Of a stretch of DNA of 64,000 bases, positions 21,751 to 30,808 are shown in pieces (within the stretch, counting starts at the first letter, position 1; the number at the start of each line of letters is the position of its first letter). Under the pieces are notes generated by a model that ran no database searches, was not told where the DNA came from, and saw only the letters and a program-made list of their open reading frames with translations. Origin of the DNA: Nitrospirota bacterium (lineage in GTDB: Bacteria > Nitrospirota > UBA9217); the NCBI GenBank assembly GCA_963740085.1, contig CAVUCU010000001.1:1152001-1216000 (forward strand), in the 5' to 3' direction. Made by a program: the position numbers and the translations under genes.

Positions 21751-21829
21751 CTCCGGCAGACCAGCCATCCCGCTTCCGGGATCTGTGACTTTGTGCCCCC
21801 ATCTTGCAATGGGTTTACTCTTTTCGGAG
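21751..21829 (-). ncRNA. GEMM-I cyclic-dinucleotide riboswitch, A20 variant (GEMM-Ib; predicted ligand 3',3'-cGAMP)
   Basis: CUCCG-AAAAG-A-GUAAACCCAUU-GCAA-GAUGGG-GGCACAAAG...AUCCCG-GAAG-CGGGAU-GGCUGGUCUGC-CGGAG gives P1, GNRA-capped P2 and P3. Position 20 is A (nt 21819). Confidence 0.85.
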
Positions 21830-21859
21830 GATCGATTGTGCCGGCAATGCCGACATATT

Positions 21860-21914
21860 TTACTTCTCACTTTTTACTTCTTACTTCTTACTTTTTACTT
21901 CTTACTTCTTACTT
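21860..21914. repeat. Heptamer microsatellite (TTACTTC/T), about 8 copies
   Basis: ttacttc tcacttt ttacttc ttacttc ttacttt ttacttc ttacttc ttact. Confidence 0.85.
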
Positions 21915-21977
21915 ACTGTCTGCTTTTTAACGACCTCGGTAGTTCATCACCTCCTTTATTTATCGTCCAGCTTGTTT

Positions 21978-22937
21978 TCAGTTGTAACTGATCCTGAAAA
22001 CGCTGACCCCTTGATTTTTTGCCTGGTTCACGAAGATCTTGTCGTTCATGACTTCCACTTGCTGCGGGGCGAAAAGGCTGCCCCGGTCTGTGCCGCGGTG
22101 TCCGAACTGCATCTGGAAATTGAAGTCCTTGTCATAGACCATGATCACGCTTTTGAGAATATCGGCCACGTAGATAAATCCCTTGTCATCCGATGCAATT
22201 CCTCCCACGACATTGAACTTTCCATCGAGGCTGCCCGGGGTGCCGAAGGATGCCACCTTGTGGTCGAGGGACATTCTGAAGGCCGCGAACAGCGTAGGCA
22301 CCGTGAAGAGCATGCTGCCGTCCCGGTCCACGTTGAAGCCGACCATTTCGTTCTTGGAATCGGGCTTGTCTTCCTTGACGAGCAAGGCCCCGACGTCATA
22401 GCCGTCTACGAATGTTCCGCTGGAATCCGTGACCACGATCTTTCTTGCCTGAAAGTCGGCAAGGTAGATGTTCCCGTTCTTGTAGACAAGACGATTCGGC
22501 CGAAGCTGTGAAAACTCCTGAGGAAGCCCCTTGAGTTCCACGGTATCCTTCAGTTCTCCGCGGTAATTACAGCGCAGCACTGAAATGATATTCCCCCTGG
22601 CATCCCATTTGGAGGAGAGCACGAGGATGTTGCCGTCCTTTTCAGCGGCAACATCGATTATGTTGCCGAGTGCCTGGTCGTTGCCGAAGCGGTAGATCTC
22701 CATGCCTACGGAATTGAATATGCTGACAGTGCCCTGGTTGATGACGTATATTTCTCCGCGCTCCTGGTCGCTGGACAGCCCCGGCCAGGTGTAGGGGATC
22801 CTGCCGGTAAAGTCGGAGAAGGTGTAGAGATAGGAAGCGTTTATTGCTGCAGTTGCATTTGTTGAGCAGAAGAGCAACAGCAGGATCGCTGTTACCGTTG
22901 CGAGGGATGTCATATTTTTTAAATGAAGGTCTTTCAT
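21978..22937 (-). CDS. Secreted NHL-repeat six-bladed beta-propeller (GSU2505-like)
   Basis: Signal peptide; GIASDDKGFIYVAD and FGTPGSLDGKF NHL motifs. The start is moved to MKDLH (22937, GAGGA RBS) because the ORF-track start overlaps the sigma-54 promoter. Confidence 0.85.
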   Translation of the reverse strand: MKDLHLKNMTSLATVTAILLLLFCSTNATAAINASYLYTFSDFTGRIPYTWPGLSSDQERGEIYVINQGTVSIFNSVGMEIYRFGNDQALGNIIDVAAEKDGNILVLSSKWDARGNIISVLRCNYRGELKDTVELKGLPQEFSQLRPNRLVYKNGNIYLADFQARKIVVTDSSGTFVDGYDVGALLVKEDKPDSKNEMVGFNVDRDGSMLFTVPTLFAAFRMSLDHKVASFGTPGSLDGKFNVVGGIASDDKGFIYVADILKSVIMVYDKDFNFQMQFGHRGTDRGSLFAPQQVEVMNDKIFVNQAKNQGVSVFRISYN

Positions 22938-22965
22938 TTTTTCCTCTGCATTTGACTGCTTATAG

Positions 22966-22981
22966 TGCAATGGCTATGCCA
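22966..22981 (-). promoter_or_regulatory. sigma-54 promoter for NHL-omcS
   Basis: Minus strand TGGCATAGCCATTGCA (GG-N10-GC). Confidence 0.78.
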
Positions 22982-23057
22982 TGAGATTAACCACATATAA
23001 CATATTGAAAGTGTTATGTTTATCTTTTGGAATGGGAATTTAAACATACGTGTATCT

Positions 23058-23091
23058 GGTCAAATGACCATTCTCCTATAGTCATATTCCC
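23058..23091. promoter_or_regulatory. Candidate enhancer, second copy
   Basis: GGTCAAATGACC-N10-AGTCATATTCCC, with the same spacing as the 4421 palindrome. Confidence 0.55.
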
Positions 23092-23933
23092 ATAAGGACT
23101 GCTTAAAACAGGGTTTCTATCGTTTGGGGCAAAACAGGGGAAATTATTGCGGTAAAGAGGGGGGAATAAGCCGCAAGAGGCCGATCCGGGAACGTGCGGG
23201 GTTGGGTAAAGCTTTTAAAATTGGATCTTCTGACTTTTATGTGGGTCGTTTAACAGCAAGTACCGCTATTTATTCAACATCAATAGTCTGTTTTCTGAAT
23301 ATCATCTCAGTTGGCACTGTCCCACTTGTGCATCGATTTTTTTGGGCAGCTCATCGCTCGGCCGCGCAGCATGCAGGGATATATACTGTACTCAGCCCTG
23401 ATATGCAGGTCTCGCATCACTCCACCCTCACCCTTTGAAAAAGGGTTCGGCCGTGTCTGCCTTGTCTTGTTCTTGCAACTACGATCTGTGCAGCATTGCT
23501 CTGCGCATCTTTCGTTCAGAGCTACCCGGCGCAGGGGAGAGGCAGAATTTTAAAGGCTACCCCACTAAGTGCAGAATTAACCTCAACGGGATTTGGGGAG
23601 ATACTCATATCTTTGCCGTTCCAGAAGCCCCTGCATCCCATGAACAGGTTCGCGCACAAGCCATGGTAAGGTAGAAAAGAACGATGTTGCCACAAAGCCA
23701 GGCAGACGCACCGTGCTCTTGCGATAACGCGGGTGCAGGCGGCCAATCTAAGGGAAGCGCTGCGATGCTCGAAAAAGCTCGTTATCAGTACCGGCAATCA
23801 TGCCCTGCGCGGAGCTGTGAACTGGGGTGCAGAAAAAAAATAGGATCGTGATATGTGCCGAGTTAAGAACAGATAAAAACGACCCACACAAAACCCGGAA
23901 GACCCTTAAAATTTTGCTATCCCTGGAAGAAGC

Positions 23934-23967
23934 AAAAAAAAGGAGGACCGGCGAATGCCGGCCCTCC
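23934..23967 (-). terminator. Rho-independent terminator after an omcS paralogue
   Basis: GGAGGGCCGGC-ATTC-GCCGGTCCTCC followed by a T-run on the minus strand. Confidence 0.8.
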
Positions 23968-23990
23968 CGAGAATGCAGCTTCAAAATATA

Positions 23991-25271
23991 TTAATCCTTC
24001 GCGTGGCACTTATTGCAAAGCGACCTCTGATAAGAGGCGTAATGCATTGTCGTGCCGTTGTAGGCCGCGGTCGTCTCTGCAACGGTGCGGCCCATCGCGT
24101 ACTTAGCTGCGTTGGCGATCGTGCTTGGGGAGTCAGTGCCCGGCCATACGCCGTCAGCAGCGATGAACTCTCCATCATTGTTCCATCTGGTCATGTGCGC
24201 CCAGCCAGAGGCGTGCGCCCGGTGGCAGGAAAGGCACATGACCCTGTCGACCGTGCCGGCCGGACCGTTGCGATTCGAGCCGTCACTGTTTGCAAGGGCC
24301 TTGAGGGCGGTGATGCTTCTCAAGTTGTCCGTCTGGAAGGGGACGATGGAATCGTACGAGTTGGCCGCTGTCACTCCCGTTGTAAGTCCGCTGCCCAGAT
24401 AGGAGTTGTAGGTGGCGACCTCGGCGGCGCTCAGGCCCTGGTTCACCGGGTGCGTCATCTTCGTGCTGCTGGCCGTATGCATGTCTGGATGGCAGGTTGC
24501 GCACCATTCCGATATGCCGTATCCGTAGGCCACGCGGGTGGGAGCAGCTGTTGTCTCCGCCCTGTTGTAGGTGTCCGGGGCGATTGCGTTAAAAACCACG
24601 GTAAAGGTCTTGCCGCCTGATCCGGCTGTAGAACCCGGACCGCGAAGCAGGCGATAGGAGCCGACTGCCTGGCCCGCTACCGGGTCAGTGCTTGACTTGT
24701 AGGAACCGGAAGCGATGATCGGCGCTCCTTTTACTCCCCAGGTCGGGTTCGTTATTAACCCGATTCTTCTCAGCTTGCCGTGGTTGTCATGGCAGCTGTT
24801 GCACCCAAGGAGAGATGCATTCATGTCTCCGCCAGGAGCAGTCGAGTTCTGTCCATCTGCAACGAAACCGGGAAGGTCCATTGCCACGATGTTGTGGCCA
24901 TGTCTCTCGCCCAGTTCTGTCGAAGAGGAACCCGACCGCGGAGACCACGTATAGGTCTTCAAGAGCCAGCCGAAGTCACCGCCCGGGGTCATCTGAAGCG
25001 GGGGTACGCCTGCGGTGACTGTCGGGGTGAGAATGTGATAGCTTCCTGCCGACGGATTGCCGTGGCAGGATGCGTTGGCGCAGGTGGAGCTTATGTCGCC
25101 GGCGATCAGGAGCGCTGAGGGGCTTTGGCCGTCGTGAATGTTGTGGCAGCCCATGCACTCCGCTACACCGCCGGAATGGAACGCGTAGCTCGTAGCACTG
25201 AGCCCAACGATAAGCAGGGCTGCAGCCAGGGCAACGAGACTACCTTTGACTATTTTATTGACCATCTTCAT
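23991..25271 (-). CDS. omcS: OmcS-family nanowire hexaheme cytochrome (intact)
   Basis: Signal peptide, then FHSGGVAECMGCH...PLQMTPGGDFGW...CLSCHRAHASG...YQRSLCNKCHAKD, the OmcS terminal signatures. Five CxxCH motifs plus CANASCH. Confidence 0.93.
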   Translation of the reverse strand: MKMVNKIVKGSLVALAAALLIVGLSATSYAFHSGGVAECMGCHNIHDGQSPSALLIAGDISSTCANASCHGNPSAGSYHILTPTVTAGVPPLQMTPGGDFGWLLKTYTWSPRSGSSSTELGERHGHNIVAMDLPGFVADGQNSTAPGGDMNASLLGCNSCHDNHGKLRRIGLITNPTWGVKGAPIIASGSYKSSTDPVAGQAVGSYRLLRGPGSTAGSGGKTFTVVFNAIAPDTYNRAETTAAPTRVAYGYGISEWCATCHPDMHTASSTKMTHPVNQGLSAAEVATYNSYLGSGLTTGVTAANSYDSIVPFQTDNLRSITALKALANSDGSNRNGPAGTVDRVMCLSCHRAHASGWAHMTRWNNDGEFIAADGVWPGTDSPSTIANAAKYAMGRTVAETTAAYNGTTMHYASYQRSLCNKCHAKD

Positions 25272-25292
25272 GTACTCCTCTGGGTGATACAG

Positions 25293-25372
25293 CTCCGGTA
25301 GCCCGGCAATCCTGAGTCTCAGGACCCGATAGCTTTGTGCCCCTGCCTTGCGACAGGTTTACCCTTTCAGAG
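25293..25372 (-). ncRNA. GEMM-I riboswitch, G20 variant (predicted ligand c-di-GMP)
   Basis: CUCUG-AAAG-G-GUAAACCUGUC-GCAA-GGCAGG-GGCACAAAGCUAUCGGGUCCUGA-GAC-UCAGGAUUGCCGGGCUAC-CGGAG. Position 20 is G (nt 25363). Confidence 0.87.
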
Positions 25373-25522
25373 GAACGTTTGCGTTAGCAATGCGGGCGGA
25401 TATGCATGCAACGAATCCGGACGCGGCATAGCGACTTCGATTTATTTTCGATTTATTGTCGAGGGAAAAACTAAAGGAATTAATAGTGGGTCCGAGCGAA
25501 ATAGCAGACAGTAAGTAGTAAT

Positions 25523-25551
25523 ACCTTAGCAATAGTCTGCATGGATGTCAA
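25523..25551 (-). promoter_or_regulatory. sigma-70 promoter for the stand-alone omcS paralogue
   Basis: TTGACA-N17-TAAGGT with an extended -10 TG on the minus strand. Confidence 0.55.
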
Positions 25552-25655
25552 GTAAAATATCAAATAACCATTAAAAAAAGTTTATTGGTGCCATTACAAC
25601 ATAACTATATAATATAATGGAGTTTTATTCCCTACCGCATGCGTGGAATATTTAG

Positions 25656-25684
25656 TTGACGTTTAAAAAAAACCATGTTACTGT
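25656..25684 (+). promoter_or_regulatory. Divergent sigma-70 promoter for the first TMTC-like gene
   Basis: TTGACG-N17-TACTGT with an extended -10 TG. Confidence 0.45.
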
Positions 25685-25844
25685 TCGACTGTCTAAATAA
25701 ATTTTAACTATCAGGTTGAAGGTTGTAAGACTGAAGGTTGAAGCATGTTTTTTACCTTCAGTCTCACCTGAAGCCTAGCACCTTCAGTCTATCCTACTTG
25801 TTACTTCATCCTGACGAGTTTATATCACCTGTCAGTTGCCAAAT

Positions 25845-27886
25845 ATGATGATGAAGACGAACGATTCCAATGCCAACCTCAAGATCTCCCTATTGCTCAT
25901 CGTCTCGACCCTGCTTGTCTTCGCTAAGGTCGGCGGGATGGAGTTCCTCTCCTACGACGATAATCTGTACGTCACCGACAATCAGACAGTCTTGGGGGGG
26001 CTGTCATGGAGCAATGCGGCATGGGCCTTCACTACCATGCACGCGGCCAACTGGCACCCGCTCACCTGGTTGTCGCTCATGCTCGACATCCAGCTCTTTG
26101 GTCCCCGCCCCGGCGCCCTGCACCTGATCAATGTCCTGTTTCATGCCGTCAACGCGGTCCTGCTCTTTCTGATATTGGCGCGCATGACGGGCGCTCGGTG
26201 GCGCAGCGCCTTTGTCGCCGCCCTCTTCGCCATTCATCCCCTGCACGTGGAATCGGTGGCATGGGTGGCCGAGCGCAAGGACGTTCTGAGCGTCTTGTTC
26301 GGTCTGTTGACCATCTGGGCCTATGTACGCTATGCAGCTCGTACCGCACTGTTCATCATACGCATGGGTGGTCCTCTTCTTTGTCCTCAGCCTGCTGAGC
26401 AAACCGATGCTGGTAACCATGCCATTCCTGCTTCTGCTTCTGGACTACTGGCCGCTCGGCCGCATGGGCGGCCTCCATCAACCTGTTCCTGGAACGGTTC
26501 CGGACCCACCGCAGACATCATTGACCCGGTTGATCATGGAGAAGGTCCCGCTTCTTGTCCTCTGCGCCGCATCGAGCGTCGGTGACCGTGGTGGCGCAGA
26601 AGCACGGCGACGCAATGGCCGATCTTCTTTCACTCAGTCTGGGAGTTCGTCTGGCCAATGCCGCGGTCGGCTACGCGCGGTATCTCGGAAAGACCTTCTG
26701 GCCCGCATCGTTCTCGGTTTTTTATCCACATCCCGGAGCTGCCTTGCCGGTATGGCAGTCAGTTGGGTGCCTTTCTTCCTTCTCATCCTGATCACTGTCC
26801 TTGTCCTGCTGCGACTCAGGCAATCTCCCTGGCTTGCAGTCGGCTGGTTCTGGTTCATAGGGACGCTGGTTCCCGTTATCGGACTGGTGCAGGTGGGAGC
26901 GCAGTCGATAGCGGACCGGTACACCTATTTTCCTCTGATCGGGATATTCATAATGATCGCCTGGGAGGCGCCCGGACCTGCTCAAGGGTCTGCGCATCGG
27001 TCCGCGGGCGCTTGGGGCAGCGTCAATGCTGGTGATCGTTGTACTCTCGGGACTCACGTGGAGACAGCTCGGTTTCTGGGAGAGCGATGAAACGCTGTTC
27101 CGCCATGCGAACAGCGTGACGAAGGACAACTGTGTTGCCCAGGCAAGCCTCGCCGAGGCCCTTCTCCGGAAGGGCGACCTCGAAGAGGCATACGGCTTAT
27201 TCCAGAAAACGCTGCGGCTTTGCCCCAGACGACCAACAGTCTTGGTACAATCTCGGCGTGTTGCAGAAGAACAGGGGCGAGCTGCCCGAGGCGGAATACG
27301 CCCTGCGTGAGGCATTGCGGCTGAAGCCCGGCTATACGTCACGGCCTGGTCCAATCTGGGCGCGGTTTACGTTGCTACGGGTCGCGTCCCCGAGGCGATA
27401 GACGCCCTTCTCGAAGCGGCCCGGCTTGCGCCCGGCGACGCTTCGATCAAGTTCAACCTCGGTTCCGTCTATGAAAAGTCAGGACGATTCGCCGAGGCGA
27501 TCGAGGCCTATCGAGAGGCAGTACGGCTCAAACCGGACTATGCGGCTGCCTGGAACAATCTCGGTATTGCGTATAAGAACTCGGGGCGGATCCCGGAGGC
27601 GGCCACCGCATTCCGGCAAGCGGCTCAGATCCGGTCCAACGATCCCGTTGCCTGGTACAACCTCGGCATCCTCTATTCCAAGTCAGGGGATTTCGCCGGG
27701 GCTGTTGAGGCCTTTCGCGAGGCAACGCGCCTCGGGCCGGACCACGCCGAGTCATGGCACCAGCTCGGACTCGCTTACTTGTCTTTGGGGAGAAGGCAGG
27801 AAGCTCTCGAGGTAATGCAGACATTGCAATCGCTCGATGCTGGAATGGCCGAGGACCTGCGGCGCCGGATAGGTCGTGGGCGGTGA
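25845..27886 (+). CDS. TMTC-like GT-C glycosyltransferase with C-terminal TPRs; several frameshifts
   Basis: YDDNLYV, NWHPLTWLS, HPLHVESVAWVAERKDVL, LLSKPMLVT and ADRYTYFP motifs are spread over consecutive frames, followed by TPRs (AWNNLG, AWYNLG) up to TGA at 27886. Confidence 0.85.
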
Positions 27887-27901
27887 AGCCCGGCGCACCC
27901 G

Positions 27902-28275
27902 GTTGTTCTCTGCGAGCTTAGCGGCTCTGCGCGAGACGCCTTGCTTTTGACCTGAATAGATACCATATGTTCTAAAACGTCTAAGAATAAAAACTTTTTC
28001 GCGCTGAGGCGCGGAGACGCCGAGAAAGAGATGAATCCTTAATCTCCTTAATCTTTGTTTTTTGTTGTTCTCTGCGAGCTTAGCGGCTCTGCGCGAGACG
28101 CCTTGCTTTTGACCTGAATAGATACCATATGTTCTAAAACGTCTAAGAATAAAAACTTTTTCGCGCTGAGGCGCAGAGACGCCGAGAAAGAGATGAAGCT
28201 TAAATCCATTTTTTTGTTGTTCTCAGCGAGCTTGGCGGCTCTGCGCGAGACGCCTTGCTTCTGACCTGAATAGAT
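27902..28275. repeat. Tandem palindromic units of about 160 nt (two full, one partial)
   Basis: GTTGTTCTCTGCGAGCTTAGCGGCTCTGCGCGAGACGCCTTGC starts at 27902, 28064 and 28216. Confidence 0.9.
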
Positions 28276-28340
28276 ATAGATACCAGCCACAGAAGTCTTC
28301 TAGAACCCAAGGAAAAGCGAAAACTAAAATAAATTTCATT

Positions 28341-30294
28341 ATGGAACGATCTAATAAGGCCAAATACTACCTCGCCGGCTTAATTGCACTCATAACATTT
28401 GCTGTGTATCTCCATGCCCTTCAAAATAATTTTGTTGCACTGGATGATGATGCTTATATCTTCGATAATCTGCATATCCGTTCGTTCAACCTGTCGTTTC
28501 TTCGCTGGGCCTTTCTTGGTTTTTACGCCTCCAACTGGCACCCCCTCACCTGGATGTCCCATGCCCTGGATTATGCCTTATGGGGACTGAACCCCCTGGG
28601 GCATCACCTGACCAACATAATCCTCCACGCGGTCAACACCTTCATCGTGGTAATTCTGGCAATGAGACTGCGGGAAGCATTGACCTGGACCACGGAACAA
28701 ACAAAGCCGGCGGCATTCCTGCATGAGCGGACGATGCTTATAACAGGAGCAGTAACCGGGATGCTCTTCGGCCTCCACCCCCTTCATGTGGAATCGGTTG
28801 CATGGGTTGCTGAAAGGAAGGACCTTCTCTGCGCATTATTCTTCCTGCTGAGCATCATGTCCTATGCGAACTACGCAAGGTGCAAGGAGTCAGGGGGCAG
28901 GGGTCAGGGGTCAGGAACCGGGAACCAGGAACCAGGAGTGGGTCCCAAGAAGATATTCATCAATAGGCATTATCTGCTTTCCCTTGTCCTTTTCGTCCTG
29001 GCGCTCATGAGCAAACCGATGGCGGTTACCCTTCCCGCTGTCTTATTGATCTTAGACTGGTACCCTTTTAACAGGATATATTCCCTGAAGACCTTTCGCT
29101 CCGCGCTCGTGGAGAAACTGCCGTTTATTGCTTTGAGCCTTATGTCATCGATTTTGACCGTGCTTGCGCAGGGCGCCGGACGCGCCATTGTACCGATCAC
29201 GTTCGTTCCAGTACCAGTGCGTCTTCTCGTGGCAGCCAGGTCCCTGATCGTTTATCTGTGGAAGATGGCCGTTCCCGTGAACCTGGTCCCCTTTTACCCT
29301 TATCCGGAAAATGCATCACTCCTTTCCGGAAAATATCTTCTGGCCGTTGCCGGTGTGGTCGCTATTACGGTGACCTGTCTGGTTCTCGCTAAAAAACAGA
29401 AATTATGGCTTTCAGGTTGGGGTTATTTTGTGATCACCCTCGTCCCCGTTATCGGCATTGTGCAGGTCGGCGGTCAGGCAATGGCGGACAGATATACTTA
29501 TCTGCCAAGTCTTGGACCATTCCTCCTCGTGGGATGCGCGGTGGCATGGCTTTTTGACCGTATGAACGCATCAAGGAAGCGATGGATACCGGCCGCAAAT
29601 ATCATCGTTGTTGCAGCGATCGTTCTTGCGTCTTGCCTAATGGCATATTTGACCTTCCAGCAGATCGGCGTGTGGAAAAACAGCCTTGTCGTTCTTAATT
29701 ACATCCTGGACAAGGAGCCGCACAATAGTCCTCAAGTCTATCTATACCGTGGAATGGCGCTCGAAAAAGCGGGCCAGCCGGAACGCGCTCTTGAAGATTA
29801 CGATCAGGCGATCGCCCTGGACCCATCGTATCCCGATGCTTATGATAACCGAGGCCTGTTGTATCAGAAGAAGGGCCAGGTGGATAACGCCATCAAGGAT
29901 TTCAGCAGATCAATTCTGCTGGACCCATCATCCGGGAAAGCCTATTTCAATCTGGGGGTCATCTATGCCGAGACTGGTTTGTACGGTCAGGCGATAGAAA
30001 ATTTCAGCAGCTCCCTGACCATGAGATCCTGCATTTGCGGACGCATATGCCAATCGCGGTATTACCTATGCCCTCACCGGTCGCCGTGACATGGCATTGG
30101 CGGATTTCAACAAAGCGATCGAATTGAATGGCCGTTCGCCTGATGCTTATTTTAATCGTGGAAAGTTATATGATTCGATGGGCCGAAAAGAGCTTGCTCT
30201 CGCTGATCTTCAAAAGGCCTGTGCCTTAGGGGACGCGGGCGGATGCAGCGCATTACAGGATTTGCGCACGGAGCCTGTGGTCACGGGAAAATAG
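28341..30294 (+). CDS. TMTC-like GT-C glycosyltransferase with TPRs; frameshift near 30030
   Basis: LDDDAYI, NWHPLTWMS, HPLHVESVAWVAERKD and ADRYTYLP motifs; the TPRs continue in ORF 30091..30294. Confidence 0.88.
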
Positions 30295-30305
30295 CGAGAC
30301 CTCAC

Positions 30306-30334
30306 TTGACAGTGAATATAAATAGTTATAGATT
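30306..30334 (+). promoter_or_regulatory. sigma-70 promoter of the AT-rich two-gene unit
   Basis: TTGACA-N17-TAGATT. Confidence 0.5.
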
Positions 30335-30455
30335 ACTTCCTGTACCCGTTGAAATTGCCCTGCTTTGAATTAAGTGCCTCGTCTACAAAACGCCATTGGA
30401 GATCGCGGCCTCAAGCCGTTGCACTTCGAGATAGAATCCGCGAGTATTTACCATT

Positions 30456-30806
30456 ATGAAAAAAACACTTTTAGTAGTATCCGTTTTATTAATAATATAT
30501 TTCGTAGTTTTTGACGATAGGAAGCCATCTTGCCATTATCTGGGTCCTCGAAAGGGCTTGATTCAATATTATATAAATTTTTTAAGGAGAATAGATCAAT
30601 ATGACGCAAACAACATGGAAATATCGCTGAAGAATATAAGAACTTTGGAAGTTGATAAACGAACAGGCAAGAGAACTTGTGATGGTCAGATTATTGTTTT
30701 AGATAAGCAAAATGCCAATATATTGCAGACGAGTGAAATAGAGTTCTCTGCGGAATGGTCTGAACAGGATAATAAATTTAGGTACCGTGTAAACAACATC
30801 AAATAA
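30456..30806 (+). CDS. Small membrane-anchored or exported hypothetical protein
   Basis: 116 aa, N-terminal hydrophobic helix, two Cys, AT-rich; ends 2 nt before the acyltransferase gene. Confidence 0.6.
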   Translation: MKKTLLVVSVLLIIYFVVFDDRKPSCHYLGPRKGLIQYYINFLRRIDQYDANNMEISLKNIRTLEVDKRTGKRTCDGQIIVLDKQNANILQTSEIEFSAEWSEQDNKFRYRVNNIK

Positions 30807-30808
30807 TT

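Noticed and set aside
21732-21809. N-terminal extension MQDGGTKS... of the omcS ORF
   Set aside because: It overlaps the riboswitch; the real start is ATG 21731 with a GGAGG RBS and a signal peptide.
23124-23984. Several short ORFs in the gap upstream of the NHL gene
   Set aside because: No motifs, no clear RBS, and they overlap in conflicting frames.
27902-28275. Possible CRISPR array or small ORFs (27775..27966, 28048..28290)
   Set aside because: Whole-unit tandem duplication; the ORFs are translations of the palindromic repeat.
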